Notes under the pieces: model-generated
What the model was told of the DNA's origin: nothing
The model's database searches: none
The model's input: the letters and a program-made list of their open reading frames with translations, nothing else
Assembly: GCA_044892525.1 (NCBI GenBank)
Contig: CM097885.1
Location: forward strand, 51,710,001 to 51,774,000
From: Schmidtea polychroa
Taxonomy: Eukaryota
DNA: 64,000 nucleotides
Reading direction: 5' to 3'
Program-made: the position numbers and the translations under genes
Shown: positions 27,811-42,200 of the stretch, one piece after another
How positions within the stretch are numbered: position 1 is the first letter of the stretch
How the letters are laid out: every line of letters starts with the position of its first letter

Positions 27811-28592
27811 CTAAATTAGATTTTTAAATTATTCAACTGAACATTTAATTACCTTATTTCAGGTTATTTAAATTAATTATTCTTATATATATATATCAAA
27901 AATATTTAAAAAAAAATTACAATAAAATATTTTCATATTTATAATTTAATGCTTTAATACTTTAAAATATGGTTTTTAATTTATCTTTATTATGTCGTGA
28001 AATGTTTTTAGAATTTTGCAATACATTTTCATGATTTCCTAAAATACATAATTTAAATTCATAAAATGAAATACTTTGGATGATAATATACCTAATTCTA
28101 TTGAAATAAAAAGTGTTTCGGCTTCTTAAAATTTTTAATAAATTATATTATATTTTAGAAAATGAAATAAAACGAAAACTGGAAATCATAGGAAGTTCAC
28201 TCTGCAAATCTATATTTATAAATTGAGAAACTTTTTGTCGGAGATTGGTTTACTGTAATCAAAATTATAAAATCTAAAAAACCATATTGAATCCGGTTAA
28301 AATTACAACTGATATAATAAAAATAAAAATCTGGACAATGTTTTACTTAAATCTTCAAATAATTGAAATAATTATGAAGACTTTAGTATTTGTTTCAAAA
28401 ACCGAAATAAAAATTAGTTGACTGTTGATAATTGGTTTTTAAAAATGGTATTTTCTAAAATATTATTTATGAAGCTAAAGTGTCTTTGATATTAAATTGT
28501 TTTGATTCATACATTAAATCCACTTATTAGTATGAATATTAATAAAATTTGAACGCATGTTTGTTAAGGCCATCAAACAATTTATATGAATA

Positions 28593-29457
28593 TGTTGGGT
28601 TCAACAGGTAAGGCACAAAAATGAGGTAAAAATCGATAAAAACACCAAATTAAAAATAAAAACTTAAAGTACAAAATATTAATTAAAAATCAAAATATTT
28701 TAAAAATGAATATCTACCGGGGAAACTGGTATGGGCGGATGCTAAATAATGAGACGAGTTCAACTATAATAAAATAAAATCAATGGGGGGTCCCTAGAAG
28801 GAATAAATTACAAGAAAAGAAAAAATTAATTAACTAGTGGAGAACCCGAGCTAATGGGAAATCCGAGCGATTTGAGAGAACCTGAATTAGCAATCCAATT
28901 TTGGGAAGGCAATTAAATTAGCCGAATAAAATTAAATTGGAGCGAGCCGTCAAAGGATTCAAACATTTAAATCCACTTATCAGGATGAATAATAATAAAA
29001 TTTGAACGCATGGTTGCTAAGGCCAATCAAACAATTTCCTTAAAGCGAATTAGAGCTACAAGAGGAAGCCCGGGGGAAAGTTAGATTTAGACTAATTTGT
29101 CAAAATGAAATCAATTACCAAGAAAACAAAATTGCCAGTTGGTCGAAGAAAAAGAAAACGAGAATTTCAGTGAGAGTGATCAGAAAACGTTAAAGTTAGT
29201 AACAAATATATAATTTAAATCGAACGTACCAGAAAGGGACATCTCCCGTTGGAAGATTTATCCCTGCGTGAGATTGATAGTCTATTGAAAAGTGCAGACC
29301 AAAAAGGGTTGTATCAAGTCTGATTGAATTAATAAAAAGTGTAACTAAAGTGTAACTATCGGTCTTAAATAAAGATTTTGTGTTGGATCGTTTATTTATT
29401 TTACAAAGAACACAAAGGAGTCAGACAGTAATACCGACTTACATTAAATACCCAACA
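28593..29457 (+). mobile_element. Solo LTR, TGTTG...CAACA family (865 bp)
   Basis: TGTTGGG/CCCAACA termini; 4-bp TSD AATA; reverse-complement homology to 61094-62154; AATAAA near 29368. Confidence 0.78.
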
Positions 29458-29981
29458 AATATAACTGTCCCTAATACAACCCAAATTATATTGAATCATC
29501 TTACAAAGAATCCAAACAATTAAACTGCCAATGCTATGAACCGAAGACCTAAAATAGTTATTTTCTGTCATGATTAACAAAATGATTAATGACATATAAA
29601 CATAATTCAAATTGACAAATGAATAATTATAAATCAGCTTTATTAAAGGCAGAAATTGTTCCAGCGATATCACATGAGCTCGTAACTTCAAGTTTTGATT
29701 GATCATTAGATAAAAAAAATGCGAAATGTTCTCGGACTAGAACAAATAACTTGAAGCAATTTAAGAAATGAAACTCCTTAAGAAGATTGGATTAAAATCT
29801 CCTTGTCCTGCAATGAATCTGGTGTGTTCTTGACTGATGGATCATGGAGTGTAAATAATACTTTTCTTTAGCATTCATTATACTTGAAATACAGGCATAA
29901 TTTTTAAATCAAAATACGCATTCGGAAGAAAGACAATTCAACAATTTAAAATAAAATCCGAATAGAGACAGAGAACAATTT

Positions 29982-30277
29982 GGATCAAGGTCAAAATCCC
30001 CCCCCGCCGGGAGGGATTTTGACCTTGTTTAAATAAATATTATTAATATTAAATAAATAACAATTAAATAATAAATGAATTATACTTATCATTAAAATAG
30101 TACCTTTACGACTAATACCCTTACGACCAGTACCCCTAGGGGGTCAAAACATCCTGTCGGATAAACTCAGAGTATATATAATAATATTTTTTAACTTTTT
30201 TTTATGTTTTTAATATTTTTACGGGGTGGATTTTGAACTTGTTCACAAACCGGGGGGGGGGATTTTGACCTTGATCC
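29982..30277. mobile_element. MITE with 8-bp TSD and GG termini (Merlin-like)
   Basis: TSD AACAATTT (29974-29981, 30278-30285); TIR GGATCAAGGTCAAAATCCCCCCCC; subterminal TIR copies. The superfamily call is inferred from termini and TSD length. Confidence 0.7.
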
Positions 30278-32197
30278 AACAATTTTATTTTTAAATTTTG
30301 TTAACAATAATTCGGTACAATTTAAAATCCTTAATTACCTTTTATATTTACCTGTAGATAGACGTTTTAAAACAAATATCATAATTCTTTTGTAATTTAA
30401 CATTTAATATAAAAAAACACATTTTTTAAAAAACTTTTAACAAAGTTTATTTTGAAGTATTTTGTAGTTAATTTCTTTTTGTTGGTGTAAAAAACCACCC
30501 ACGGAAAATCACCACAAACAACATCCGTGTAAAGCGTCCTTTTTTGCATTTGTTTATATTTCTCGAGTTTTACCTATTTTTCACTTATAAAAACATATTT
30601 ACAAGTCTAAATTTTAATCCCTTTTGTATATTATCTTATATTCTTTGACCATATATAAATAAAACTCATTTTTTTCTTGCATTTAGTATATTACATTCCA
30701 CTTTGCCTAATTCTTTTAAGTAAAATTCTTTGAAAGGACAGTAATAACATTTAAGTTTTGACTTACAATTAATTACAATTAAGAAATAAATGTCTTCTTG
30801 TCTTCTAATATTATCACGTATTTTTTCACATTATTTTGGTTTTCAAAAATTTGCATTTAATATAATATTTTTGTAAATATTTGATCAATATATTTAATAC
30901 ATTTCTGTAATTTTATGAATAATTTCGGGTTCCGAATTTCAGTTACCATAATTTTATATTGTGCGATACCAAAAATATATTATTTTGATTTGGAATTATA
31001 TTTTGACAAATAATTAATCTATTTTTTGCTTTTTTTCTGTTTTTAAAGAGACACATTTAAAATTTAAAATTTAAATAAATAAAATTTCCTGGTATTTAAA
31101 TTTATAATAAATCTCGAATGATGAAAAACCGAATTACAAGTTCTTTAAGACATTAACAAGGAAATATAAAACTTTTATTCATAATCAAAATGAAAACAAG
31201 TCACGAAATAAAATTTAAAGCGATTGGTTTCTAATGATAAAATACTGTAACCTTCAATAAGTGGAAATATTTCACAGGCGCCAGGAAATCCACACAGCAA
31301 AATAAACATGATTTTCAGGAATTAATTGCTCCAAAAACTTTGATAATAGGATGCAATATATAAAGAGACAATAGAACAACAATTTTGGTTGACTTAAAAT
31401 TATATATTTATTACTAATAGAGTGTAAATGTTGACTTATAAAACGGGTAATTAATGAAAAATAATTTATTTATATTATTAAATTATTATAATAATATTAA
31501 AAACTTTGAATTATTTAAAAATTAAAAGTTATGCTAAAAAGAGTGGCATTGGATTTCGCTAACATGTAATTTGGTAACTGGCAATTCGGTGAGAGGAATG
31601 ATTAATAAAGCAAATTACTTCAAGTAAATACAATATATACAGAGCAATTTGAAATTCCTTTATAATTAATGAAGCAAACTACTAAACTGTTTTAAATACA
31701 ATGGACAACCAAAATATAAGGAAAAGGCCAAATCTTTGAAATATTTAATCAATATATACAGGTTTCTTGGTGAAATTCAACTGGAACAGAAAAAACGAAA
31801 CAACAATCATTTAGTTATCTACGGTACAAGAACCAAAGCAATATAAAGGAAGTACGCTTCTGTAACTCGTCGTTTGGACAATTTGGTTCAGGCTTCTACG
31901 TTTTTGAACAGATGAATTATATTTTCTGCGTGGGATTTTTCATAGCATTGCATATTAGAAGACCATAATAAAAATTTATTTGTGACATTTTAGCAGATTC
32001 AATTGTATTAACTTATTACGTGATATTTTCTTTTTATTTATGTCGTCATTGAGTGAACCAAATACATTGTTACTGAATTGCCTGAGACCAATTAGAAAGG
32101 GACCTAAACTGTTACCGAACTGACTGTTCACCGTAAAATAATTATTAAGAACTACTGATTATTGTTTAATAACATTCAATATATATTATAATATATA

Positions 32198-32332
32198 TTA
32201 TAAGAACTTTTTTTTCCAATTTCACTACTGATATATTTTTTCATTGAACTTATTAAAAAGAGCTTGAAGACTACAAATCAGTAAATATATCAAAAAGCAT
32301 CGATATATTTACTGATTTATAGTATTAAAGTC

Positions 32333-32340
<8 letters not shown>
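32198..32340. mobile_element. Penelope-like family C fragments in inverted arrangement
   Basis: 32198-32291 (minus) and 32299-32340 (plus) both match 55650-55755. Confidence 0.5.
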
Positions 32341-32417
<77 letters not shown>

Positions 32418-34209
32418 AAAAATTGACATTTAAAAATATTAATACTTATTTATTTATTGAAAATAATATTTTAAACTATTTGATATTTATAAGTATTATC
32501 GATGAATGGGTGAAAATATTCATCAATTATGTGAAAAGTGATATACAAATTACAAGAGATGTAGAGAATATCATTCTGAATTAAACTCAAATTTCATACT
32601 AATGACAGTTAATTATTGACTATGAAAAAGTAATGAAAAATTTCACATTTGGCATCGACATTCAACTAAAAGCCAGATCAAATTTGTAAAAGTAATTGTT
32701 AACTTGAAACTAAAAATTATTTTTATTAATAAAATTATACAAGTCAAGTGTTCAATATTGACAAATTTACAAATGTTTGGAATTTTTTTTCGAAACACGT
32801 AAATTTAAATGGTATCGGAAATGAGGAATTTACAACTCATATTAAATTCAATTAAAATTTGTTAAATTAGACAGCTTGTATCAACTTGTCAAAAATTAAA
32901 AAGGCAGCAAATAAAATATTATTAACAAGTCTGATTAAAATTTTATTTAGTAAAAACATCGACATAATAAAAATGAATATTAGTATTAGAAAACGCCACT
33001 CAGTATTAAGATATATTTCAACCGCTTCACTGCCATCAGAAGGGATAGAAAAAACTATAGACATTATAGATTAATGAAACAAATTACTATAATTATTTTA
33101 ATTATTTTATAATTATTTTAGTATAATAAATTATTTATTTTTAAATTAGACATTACATTATAATTTTTTACATCTAAAATTATTTATTTTTTTTAATTAT
33201 AAAAAAAATATTATTTTACATTTCAATTTTATAATTCAATAATAATTCACTTACCCTTAGTTCAGTAAAATGTGTTGATAAATTTATTGAACTACTGATA
33301 GAAAATTGAGTGTTCAAAATCATAATTAATAATGAAAATAAAAAAAATGTTGATAAATGTTTGAATCTAGTGCAAGTGAATCGGATTGTGAAATAAACAT
33401 CATTAATAGTGTAAGAAAGATGATTTTAAACTTATGTTGGTATTGCCGTTTTACAGATTGTAAAAAGAATTTAAGCAAATCTTTTGGCAATTTAAATTAT
33501 GGATTATTTTAATGTCTAAACCATATTGAGGCTATGTTTGTATTTCCTTTATCAATTTAATTTTAATGGATAAATTGAAAAAACTTTCAATGATCTCAGT
33601 ATTCAAGTACATAAATATTGTCGACAGAAGAAATTGACCAATTGGGTATAAAAAAAACGATGTATGATTCTAAAATTTTATCGAAATATTTTAATAGTGA
33701 CTGGCGACGTGTGAAATGTGAGGCATTGTTGATGAAATAGAAAATTAATGCAAAAACTGCGGTAAATACATGTATTTTGAATGATTTTAAATAATTTTGA
33801 TGTTACAGTAATAAAATGTGGATTGTTGTTTGTTATTTTCAAATGTGTTGAATTAATAAGAATGAAATGTAAAAACATTATGATTTAAAATATATAAAAC
33901 GGCAATTAAATTAAAATTATCCTGAATGCAATTTAAATATAATTTTAAAAATGCTTTTGAAAAGTTAAAATAAAAGTTAAAATAAAAATGATAATTTTAA
34001 TTTTGTGTCACTTTTTATGTGTAATCGATTTTGATATTTTCGTTACTTGCCTTTAAAAAATGTAATTCTATAATTTATTAAATTTATTTTTATTATTATT
34101 ACGTTTATAATAAATAATGAAGCGTTATTCGAGAGTTACCTGTAAAAATAATAATTAATAATCATATCAATAATAATAATAATAATATTAATAATAATGA
34201 TAATAATAA

Positions 34210-35460
34210 TAATTATAAGATAACTCCAATCAAACATTTTTTTCACGATTAATTTCGACAGTTTTCTTGTCATCATCAGGTGGGATATAATACTCATTAA
34301 ATAAAGGATTTTAAACAAATTTAATTATATATAAAACTTTTTTATTTTATAAAAATATTATTTTTTAAAAACTTTAACATTTAAAATTTAATTTAATAAT
34401 TTTAAAATTTTAAATTTTTTTATCAATTATTTAATTTAATTTAACACAACAATCAATACATACAATACACAAAAGCTTATTTAAAAACACTCAACACACA
34501 AGTATTTACAGCATTCTGCACATTAATTTTCGGATTCAATGATTTTATCAACAACGCCTCACAAATCACACGTTCCCAATAATTATCGAAGTTTTTTAAT
34601 AAAATTTTAAAATCAGACATACCTATTTTAATCTTACAGCCCTTATTGTGCTCACCAATATGGGTCAAAGACTTCGGTCTACAATGTTCTCGAGCTCGAA
34701 TACAGAGATGACGGAAGTCTCTCCAATGTATGTGGCATTACACCCATTACATGTAAACTGATAAACGAGATCGGAACACAATTCAACCGGAGTCTTTGAC
34801 TTATTAATAAACATATTGCGTACTTTCCATGAAGTTGACACTATCCTATAGTTTAAATTCCCTAACTGCTTTCTTATCGTCACTTTATAATCCTTAAAAC
34901 CTTCTGAGTACGGCAATACTAACACAAATTTAGGCTCATCATCCTTGCTCACACTATTTAATTTATTTAACTCATCAGACTCACACACCTCAACAAAATC
35001 ACACCCAGATTTTAACTCATCAGACTCACACATCTCAACAAGATCACACCCAAATTTTCTCAAACATGGATCCTTAGGATTTTTAATAAATTTGTCAACA
35101 GTCTCTTTCACCATAATTACTAAAAAGGATTTTGAATAACCATTCTTCATCAACAGTTCAAACAACACGTCAACCCTCTTTACCGAATTTTTAAAAGTAG
35201 AAGACAAAGACCATGCACGATAAATCAACCCCTTCACCATATTTCTTTTATACTTGAATTCACAAAAACTTTCGGAAGAAGTATAGAGACCAGTATCAGT
35301 TGGTTTTCTATAAATCTCTGTCTCATAGTGTTTCTCTTTGCGTTGAATTAACAAATCCAAGAAAGCAAGCGATGATTTTTTCTCCGTTTCACATGTGAAT
35401 ACAATGTTTTTATGTAGACTGTTCATATAATGCAAAAACGGGTCAACATGTCTCTGATTT
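34210..35460 (-). mobile_element. Inverted 3' arm of Penelope-like element (RT C-terminus, GIY-YIG endonuclease, 3' UTR)
   Basis: Reverse complement of 35900-36472 plus 44170-44802 with no insertion; 1-bp deletion in the GIY-YIG domain; 45-bp tandem duplication. Confidence 0.9.
34244..34282 (-). ncRNA. Minimal hammerhead ribozyme (family A)
   Basis: CAC-CTGATGA-T-GACA-AGAAAAC-TGTC-GAAA-TTAATC-GTG on the minus strand. Confidence 0.8.
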
Positions 35461-36472
35461 ATGGATTATTGAAACCATTGATACGATCAGAATTTGAATG
35501 TAAAGATAGTTTTGAATTTGTTTCCTGCATTGCACAATATGATAGACAAAATATGGATGAAATTATGGTTTCGTTTGATGTTTGTAGTCTGTTTACTAAT
35601 GTACCATTGGTTGAAACAATTGAATTTTGTTGCTTGTTATGGAATGAAAATATTTCTGAACATCATATTTTGGATAGAACAGCATTTCGTGAACTTCTTG
35701 TATTTGCAACTTCAAAAATCAATTTTCTTTAGAATAATGAATGGTATCAACAAATAGATGGGGTTGCTATGGGTTCTCCTTTAACACCAACGATGGCTTC
35801 AATTTTTTTAACAAGCTTAGAAAAGAAAATTGCATCTTTCCAAGGTATGAAACCCACTGTTTATAAACGGTATGTGGATGATATATTTCTTATATTTGAA
35901 AATCAGAGGCATGTTGACCCGTTTTTGCATTATATGAACAGTCTACATAAAAACATTGTATTCACATGTGAAACGGAGAAAATATCATCGCTTGCTTTCT
36001 TGGATTTGTTAATTCAACGCAAAGAGAAACACTATGAGACAGAGATTTATAGAAAACCAACTGATACTGGTCTCTATACTTCTTCCGAAAGTTTTTGTGA
36101 ATTCAAGTATAAAAGAAATATGGTGAAGGGGTTGATTTATCGTGCATGGTCTTTGTCTTCTACTTTTAAAAATTCGGTAAAGAGTGTTGACGTGTTGTTT
36201 GAACTGTTGATGAAGAATGGTTATTCAAAATCCTTTTTAGTAATTATGGTGAAAGAGACTGTTGACAAATTTATTAAAAATCCTAAGGATCCATGTTTGA
36301 GAAAATTTTGGTGTGAACTTGTTGAGATGTGTGAGTCTGATGAGTTAAATAAATTAAATAGTGTGAGCAAGGATGATGAGCCTAAATTTGTGTTAGTATT
36401 GCCGTACTCAGAAGGTTTTAAGGATTATAAAGTGAAGATAAGAAAGCAGTTAGGGAATTTAAACTATAGGAT
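35461..36472 (+). pseudogene. Penelope-like reverse transcriptase, 5'-truncated, interrupted at 36472
   Basis: VSFDVCSLFTNVP, GVAMGSPL, YKRYVDDIFLIF, LAFLDL, YRKPTDTG; in-frame TAG at 35730. Confidence 0.92.
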
Positions 36473-36948
36473 AGTAGGTAGTTAGTAGCCCGCTGCAACG
36501 ATTTTATTTGTTGCAACTTTTTATTACGCAATTGTTCCACACTATAGTGAGGGGGTCTCGATGGTCCTGGGATTTTCAATACAAATAAAATTTTTTCAAT
36601 AGAAAAACGATGGTCCTGGGATTTTCAATACAAAAAAAATTTTTCAATACAAAAACGATGGTCCTGGGATTTTCAATACAAAAAATTTTTTTCTATACAA
36701 AAATCCGACTACCAATAAAGAAGCATGGAATTTTCAGACTATAGTGAGGGGGTCTCGATGGTCCTGGGATTTTCAATACAAAAAGCTGGTCTACACTAAA
36801 AAAGCATGGTAATTTAAGGTCTCAGGATATTTTCAATACAAAAAGCTGGTCTACACTAAAAAAGCCAAGGATTTTTCAGACTATAGTGAGGTGAGTCTCC
36901 TTGGTCCTGAGAAATAGGTGGTCTACACTAAAAATCGTGGTAAATTTT

Positions 36949-37990
36949 TCAATTAAAGTAAATAATGGTCCTAAAAAATTAAATTACAGTAAATAATGGT
37001 CCTAAAAAATTAAATTAAAGTAAATTATGGTTCTAAAATATTAAATTACAGTAAATTATGGTCCAGATTTTTCAATTAAAGTAAATAATGGTCCTAAAAA
37101 TTAAATTAAAGTAAATTATGGTCCTAAAAAATTAAATTAAAAGTAAATTATGGTCCAAATTTTTCAATTAAAGTAAATAATGGTCCTAAAAAATTAAATT
37201 AAAAGTAAATTATGGTCCAAATTTTTCAATTAAAGTAAATAATGGTCCTAAAAAATTAAATTACAGTAAATAATGGTCCTAAAAAATTAAATTAAAAGTA
37301 AATTATGGTCCAAATTTTTCAATTAAAGTAAATAATGGTCCTAAAAAATTAAATTAAAAGTAAATTATGGTCCAAATTTTTCAATTAAAGTAAATAATGG
37401 TCCTAAAAAATTAAATTACAGTAAATAATGGTCCTAAAAAATTAAATTAAAGTAAATTATGGTCCTAAAAAATTAAATTAAAAGTAAATTATGGTCCAAA
37501 TTTTTCAATTAAAGTAAATTATGGTCCTAAAAAATTAAATTAAAAGTAAATTATGGTCCAAATTTTTCAATTAAAGTAAATAATGGTCCTAAAAAATTAA
37601 ATTAAAAGTAAATTATGGTCCAAATTTTTCAATTAAAGTAAATAATGGTCCTAAAAAATTAAATTACAGTAAATAATGGTCCTAAAAAATTAAATTAAAG
37701 TAAATTATGGTCCTAAAAAATTAAATTAAAAGTAAATTATGGTCCAAATTTTTCAATTAAAGTAAATTATGGTCCTAAAAAATTAAATTAAAAGTAAATT
37801 ATGGTCCAAATTTTTCAATTAAAGTAAATAATGGTCCTAAAAAATTAAATTACAGTAAATAATGGTTCTAAAAATTAAATTACAGTAAATAATGGTTCAA
37901 ATTTTTTAATTAAAGTAAATTATGGGCTCAGATTTTGAATTAAAGTAAATTATGGGTTAAAAAATTAAATTAAAGTAAATTATGGTCTAA
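36949..37990. repeat. ~30-bp minisatellite (AATTAAAGTAAATAATGGTCCTAAAAAATT), roughly 30+ copies, in and beyond the left TIR
   Basis: Direct reading; about 7 reverse-complement copies at 43563-43770. Confidence 0.9.
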
Positions 37991-38384
37991 ATAAGTTAAT
38001 TAAGGTCCAAATTTTAAAATTAAGTAATCAATGGTAAAAAATTTTAAATAAGTAAATTAAAGTAATAATTTTTAAATTAAGTAATCAATGGTAAAAAATT
38101 TTAAATAAGTAAATTAAAGTAAGATTTTAAAATTTATTAACAAAAAGTTGAAATAATAGAAGGTGTTTGAGAATTGAAATTTTTTAATGAAAATTTTTAT
38201 GAAATATTTTTCAATGGTAATTTTTTATGGAAATTTTTATGAAATATTTTTCAATGGTAATTTTTAATGAAAATTTTTATGAAATATTTTTCAATGATAA
38301 TTTTAGATGGAAATTTTTAAGATAACTTTTAATGAAAATTTTTATGAAATATTTTTCAAAGACAAATTTTAAGAATAATTCAAC

Positions 38385-39290
38385 AACAAATCAACAACTT
38401 AGTACCAACAACAAGTAACTTACGAACATGTATTACCAACCAGATACCTACAACCAGTTACCTGATACCAAGTACCAACAACCAAAAACATGCAACCAAC
38501 TAGGTACCAAGTACTAACAACTAACTACCAAGTACATACAACCAACATCAACCAGGTACTAGATACCAAGTACCAACAACCAGTAACTTACGAACATGTA
38601 TTACCAACCAGATACCTACAACTAGTTACTAACAACCAGTTACCTGATACCAAGTACTAACAACTAGTTACTAACAACCAATTACCTGCTACCAAGTACT
38701 TACAACTAGATACCACGTACTAACTAACTCTCAACCCCCACCTACCCATTAACTAGCTACCAAGTACTTACAACTAGATACCACGTACTAACAACCGTCA
38801 ACAACCAGGTACTAAGCCTTATCAACCTACAACTAGATACTAACAACCAGTTACCTGATACCAAGTAAATACAACCACCTAACAAGTACTAACAATCAAA
38901 AACAGACAACCAACTAGGTACCAGATACCAACTAGCTACCAAGTACTAACAACCAACAACAACCAGGTACTAAGCATTAATTACCTACAACTGGTACTAA
39001 CAACCAACCAATTAGGTACTAGATACCAAGTACTCACAAGCGACAACAACCAAGTACTAAGCATTATTAACCAACTACTAAGTACCTACAACCAACTAAC
39101 AACCACCTACCAAGTACTAACAACCAGTTACCAACTACTAAGCATTAATTACCTACAACTAGTTACTAACAACTAGATACCAAGTACATACAACCAACAA
39201 CTAAGCATTATCAACCAAGTACTAACAACCAAGTAACTTACCTAGTACTAAGCACTGTCAACTAGATACCAAACACTTACAACCAGATGA
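38385..39290. repeat. Degenerate C/A-rich repeat array (ACCAAGTACTAACAACC-like)
   Basis: Direct reading; inverted counterpart at 42770-43135. Confidence 0.8.
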
Positions 39291-42200
39291 CCACATGAAA
39301 TTATTGGTTAAATATGAAAATAAGGATTATATTTAGTTGTTAAGTAAATTATGGTGTAAAATTAAGAAATAAAGAATAATTTCCCACTAATTATTATCAC
39401 TTATATCCCCCGATTCTCTATTTTCCATTAGTTAATCACTAATATCCCCCCAATTTTCCATTAATTATTCACCTATAACCCCCACCCCGATATTTAATCA
39501 ATTATATTCCGCCGATTTTGATTAATTATTCACTTAAAACATTCCCACAAATATTTGTTTTAAGATTTTTTTTTATTAAAGTGTTAATTTTATGAAATAA
39601 TTTTAAATAAATTCAATTAATATATTTCCATTCTTATCAACCTTCATGTTATCTATGCCCATTCTCAGTATTTACCTCCATTAATGAATTATTCTACCAA
39701 TTATTTTCACCCATTTGAATTTATCATCGAGTAATGAATAATTTCCTCACTTTAATGAAGATTTTTACCACCTTCATTGTTAATTTTATCAAAGTTTAAA
39801 GAATATTTCTCTTTACATTGCTTACCACTTTAGAATTTTTATCAAAATTTATGATAATTTGACTAATTCAATGAAAAATTTGAATGAGTTAATTAATATA
39901 TACTCTGAGTTTATCCGACAAAATATTCTGTCCCCCTATGGGTATTGCTCACATTCAACATGTCGCAAGGGTATTAGTCGTAAAGGTATTTAATGCTTTT
40001 ATTTGAATGATTATTTAGGCAAATTTGTTATTTAAGGTATTGATAATTTTTAGAGTTGATGGTTTTAGTAAATATTCAAGTAAATTTCTATCATTTTTGT
40101 GAATTTCTATCATTTTTATGAATTTCTATCATTTTTTGTAATTTTCTATCATTTTTATGAATTTACGTAATTTTTTGTGAATTTCTATCATTTTGTGTAT
40201 TTTTATCAATTTTGTGAATTTCCATTATTTTTGTGAATTTCTATTATTTTCATGAATTTCCGTAATTTTTTGTGAATATCTGTAATTTAATGCTAATTCT
40301 AAGGTAAATTTTATTAATTTCTTGATAATTGAATGTATTTTTATTGATTGGTTTTTTAATTTTAAATAAAAATTTATTTTTAATGTTAATAATTAGAGAT
40401 TTTACAATAATGAAGTGATAGGATAAATTTTTATGAGGATATTGAATAATTTTCTAAGAATTTCATGTTGACTGATAAATTTAATTGATAAATTTAATTA
40501 ATTTCTTGATAATTAGTCGTATTTTATTGAATAGTTTTAAAATAAAATTTAATTTCATTGACAATTAGGTTAATAATTAAGTGATTTTTGATGACTTTGT
40601 AATGCATTTGAATAAATAATTTTTTCAATAATTTTCTAAGAATATTGACACATTGATGAACTTTAAAAAACATAAGCTAAGAAACCAGTTAACTTTATCA
40701 ATGACTTTAAATTTACGTGATAATTATTCTTGGATATACAGAAATTTAGTTTGCTGTTATTGCTTGAAAATGATTGGTTGAATAGCTGAAGAATTATGAT
40801 CAATCAATATATATCATCTCCAGTTAGGTATTTGATGGTAAATATTTGTAGGAAATAATTAGTTTATTATGTGTGTTACATAAGTCAACTTTAGCGTCAA
40901 AATGTGTTTTTAAAATTAATTTTAATTTAAAAATACCGTAACGTAACATATTTTTCCCCCTGCCCTTCCATGGTTTTGATTGGTTAGTGGGCTCATATTA
41001 TTTATTATTTAATTATTTAATATTTATTTAAATTAATTAATTTAATTAATATTAATATTATTTAAATTATTTCAATGGAAGAATGCCGGGTGTCTTTAAC
41101 AATTAAGTCATATTTTTGAAGTTCTTTAAAGATTTTAAGACTGAATTGAATTAAAGGAGGATTCAAGTGGGTAGAATATAATTGGTTAGATGTTTAAAGA
41201 GGTAGAAATATTTAATGAGAGATCGATTAAGATGGGAAAATATGATCTTTAAAGGGAGATATAGTCGGTTAGGATGGAAATAGATCATTGTAAGGGAGAT
41301 ATAGTCGATTGACTTTAATGAGAGATCGGTTAAGCTGGGATATTGTTGGTGAGATTTAATGAGAGATCGGATAAGGTGGGGATATATGATCTTTTAAGGG
41401 GGATATTGTCGGTGAGATTTAATGAGAGATCGGATAAGGTAGGAATATATCATTGTAAGGGAGATATAGTCGATTGAATTTAATGAAGGATGGGTTAAGA
41501 TGGGAATATATGATTTTTTTAAGGGTGATATTGGTAAAATATCAATGTTTTAAGGGAAATGTCAATTAGTCAGTTATGTATCAATAATAATTATATTGTT
41601 TTATTAGGTTGTGATTAATTCATTGTATATTAATTTAGATTTATGTTTTAGAACAATGTTCTATTAAGTAGGGATAATGATCGATTTACTTGGTTTTGAC
41701 GATGAAAACTTTACAGATAAATGGGATTGATATCAACTTTAAATTATTTTTATCTTTATTTAGACGGACAACGACAAAAGTTGACCATTTGAAGAAATAT
41801 ATTTTATTGAATGGATAAATTTAATCTTTTAATGGGACCTAGTCAGTTATATTTATTTTAAATTTCGAGTACAGTGATTAACAAAAAGTTAATTATAACC
41901 GGTTTTATCAATAGTGAAACATGTATGATAATAGGAATTAAAGTTAGAATTATAGTCATTTAAAGGGGAGTTTAAGCAATCTTATTAGTCTGAGGGGAAT
42001 ATGTGATCTTTAACAAGTACTTATCATTAAAATATCAATCTTAAAAGATAGAGTTATTTCAATGAAATTTGATGCTTTTTAGATGATTTTAGTGAAATAT
42101 TTGTAATAATATGAATTAAGGGTAGAAATATAGTCATTTAAGGGATTTTAAGGAATCTTGTTAGTTTGAGGTGAATATATGATCTTTAACAAGTATTTAT

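Noticed and set aside
30920..32140. Short inverted motifs (CCGAATT..AGTTACCA / TGGTAACT..AATTCGG) suggesting old DNA transposon ends
   Set aside because: No consistent termini or TSD could be defined.
32867..33074. Overlapping ORFs on both strands
   Set aside because: No recognisable motif or splice fit; expected by chance in AT-rich DNA.
36949..37990. CRISPR-like regular repeats (also 43141-43252)
   Set aside because: Units are contiguous without unique spacers, the context is eukaryotic, and there are no cas genes.
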